DNA from: the human T2T-CHM13v2.0 reference genome, Homo sapiens
DNA: 64,000 nt
Strand: one strand, 5' to 3'
Assembly (NCBI RefSeq): GCF_009914755.1
Contig: NC_060941.1
Shown in pieces: positions 62,836 through 64,000 of this stretch. A program made the position numbers and the translations under genes. The notes beneath the pieces were generated by a model. It was given only the letters and a program-made list of their open reading frames with translations, did no database searches and had not been told where the DNA came from. How positions within the stretch are numbered: the first letter of the stretch is position 1; each line of letters opens with the position of its first letter.

Positions 62836-63627
62836 ACTCTGACAAAAGAAGGCTTTGACTCCATCTCCAGTAGCTCCAAGGAGCTCTTGGTTTCAGCTTT
62901 GCAGGAACTTGAAAGCAGCACCAGCAACTCCCCTTCAAATAAGCACATCCACTTTGAGTACAACATGTCGCTCTTCCTCTGGTCTGAGAGTCCTAATGAC
63001 CTGCCTTCCGATGCGGCCTGGGTCAGCGTGGCAAACCGGGGTCAGTTTGCCAGTAGCGGCCTCTCCATGAAAGCACAAGCCATCAGCCCTTGTGTACAGA
63101 ACTTCTGTTCTGCCCTGGATTCTAAGCTGAAGGTTAAACTAGATGACCTCCTGGCTTACCTCCCCTCTGATGACTCATCACTGCCCAAGGACGTTTCTCC
63201 CACACAGGCCAAGAGTTCTGCCTTTGACAGATACGCAGATGCGGGGACCGTGCAGGAGATGCTGCGGACTCAGTCCGTGGCATGCATCAAGCACATCGTG
63301 GACTGCATCCGGGCAGAGCTACAGAGCATTGAAGAGGGTGTGCAAGGGCAACAGGATGCCCTCAACAGTGCCAAGCTGCACTCAGTTCTTTTCATGGCCA
63401 GACTCTGCCAGTCCCTGGGAGAGCTGTGCCCCCATCTGAAGCAGTGCATCCTGGGAAAATCAGAGAGCTCAGAGAAACCAGCAAGGGAGTTTAGGGCTCT
63501 GAGAAAACAGGGAAAGGTGAAAACTCAGGAAATCATTCCTACACAGGCCAAGTGGCAAGAGGTTAAAGAAGTACTCCTCCAGCAGAGCGTGATGGGCTAC
63601 CAGGTCTGGAGCAGTGCAGTTGTGAAA
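62836..63627 (+). CDS. COG1: COG1 exon 7 (792 nt; the gene continues beyond the window)
   Basis: Acceptor tctcttttag|; open frame ...LFLWSESPNDL...LFMARLCQSLGELCPHLKQC...; donor AAA|GTGAGT; cumulative 2073 nt. Confidence 0.95.
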
Positions 63628-64000
63628 GTGAGTGATGTAATTTCTTATCCCTGTCTTGTCTCACTTCTGTCATATTCCAGTCTTGCCAACCTCAATCAGT
63701 TCCTTCAGTAGTAAAGGCAAAACAATTCTGATTTCATACGGTTAACTTTATCTCTGCCAGAAAGTTCAGTAAAAACTTTTTTGGCCGGGCGCGGTGGCTC
63801 ATGCCTGTAATCCCAGCACTTTGGGAGGCCAAGATGGGCAGATCGCGAGGTCAGGAGATCGAGACCATCCTGGCTAACATGGTGAAACCCCGTCTCTACT
63901 AAAAAAATACAAAAAATTAGCCGGGCATGGTGGTGGGCGCCTGTAGTCCCAGCTACTCGGAAGGCTGAGGCAGGAGAATGGTGTGAACCCGGGAGGCAGA

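Overview
Primate genomic DNA; the SSTR2 protein matches the human sequence as I recall it, and the SSTR2-COG1 order fits human 17q25.1. The window contains the complete SSTR2 gene on +: CpG-island non-coding exon 1 ending at 27079, exon 2 from 31020, CDS 31112-32221, and a cryptic 341-nt intron giving the sst2B tail. It also contains the CpG-island promoter and coding exons 1-7 of COG1 on +, a POLR3K processed pseudogene on -, and a 5'-truncated PABPC1-like 3'UTR retrocopy. The rest is dense Alu/LTR/L1/MIR/DNA-transposon sequence plus a ~1.3-kb CCCCG(TC)n polypyrimidine array. I found no convincing new protein-coding system; the long ORFs outside SSTR2, COG1 and the POLR3K pseudogene are repeat, CpG-island or intron read-through artefacts. 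The most interesting signals are regulatory: retroelement-supplied 3'-end elements downstream of SSTR2; a multiply coded SSTR2 exon-2 acceptor/E-box/uORF; a 22-bp GC-box/ETS palindrome and a GC-rich repeat in the COG1 promoter; a near-zero-spacer inverted Alu pair in COG1 intron 1; and several local duplication scars. Repeat subfamily names and recalled annotations come from memory and need RepeatMasker/BLAST confirmation.
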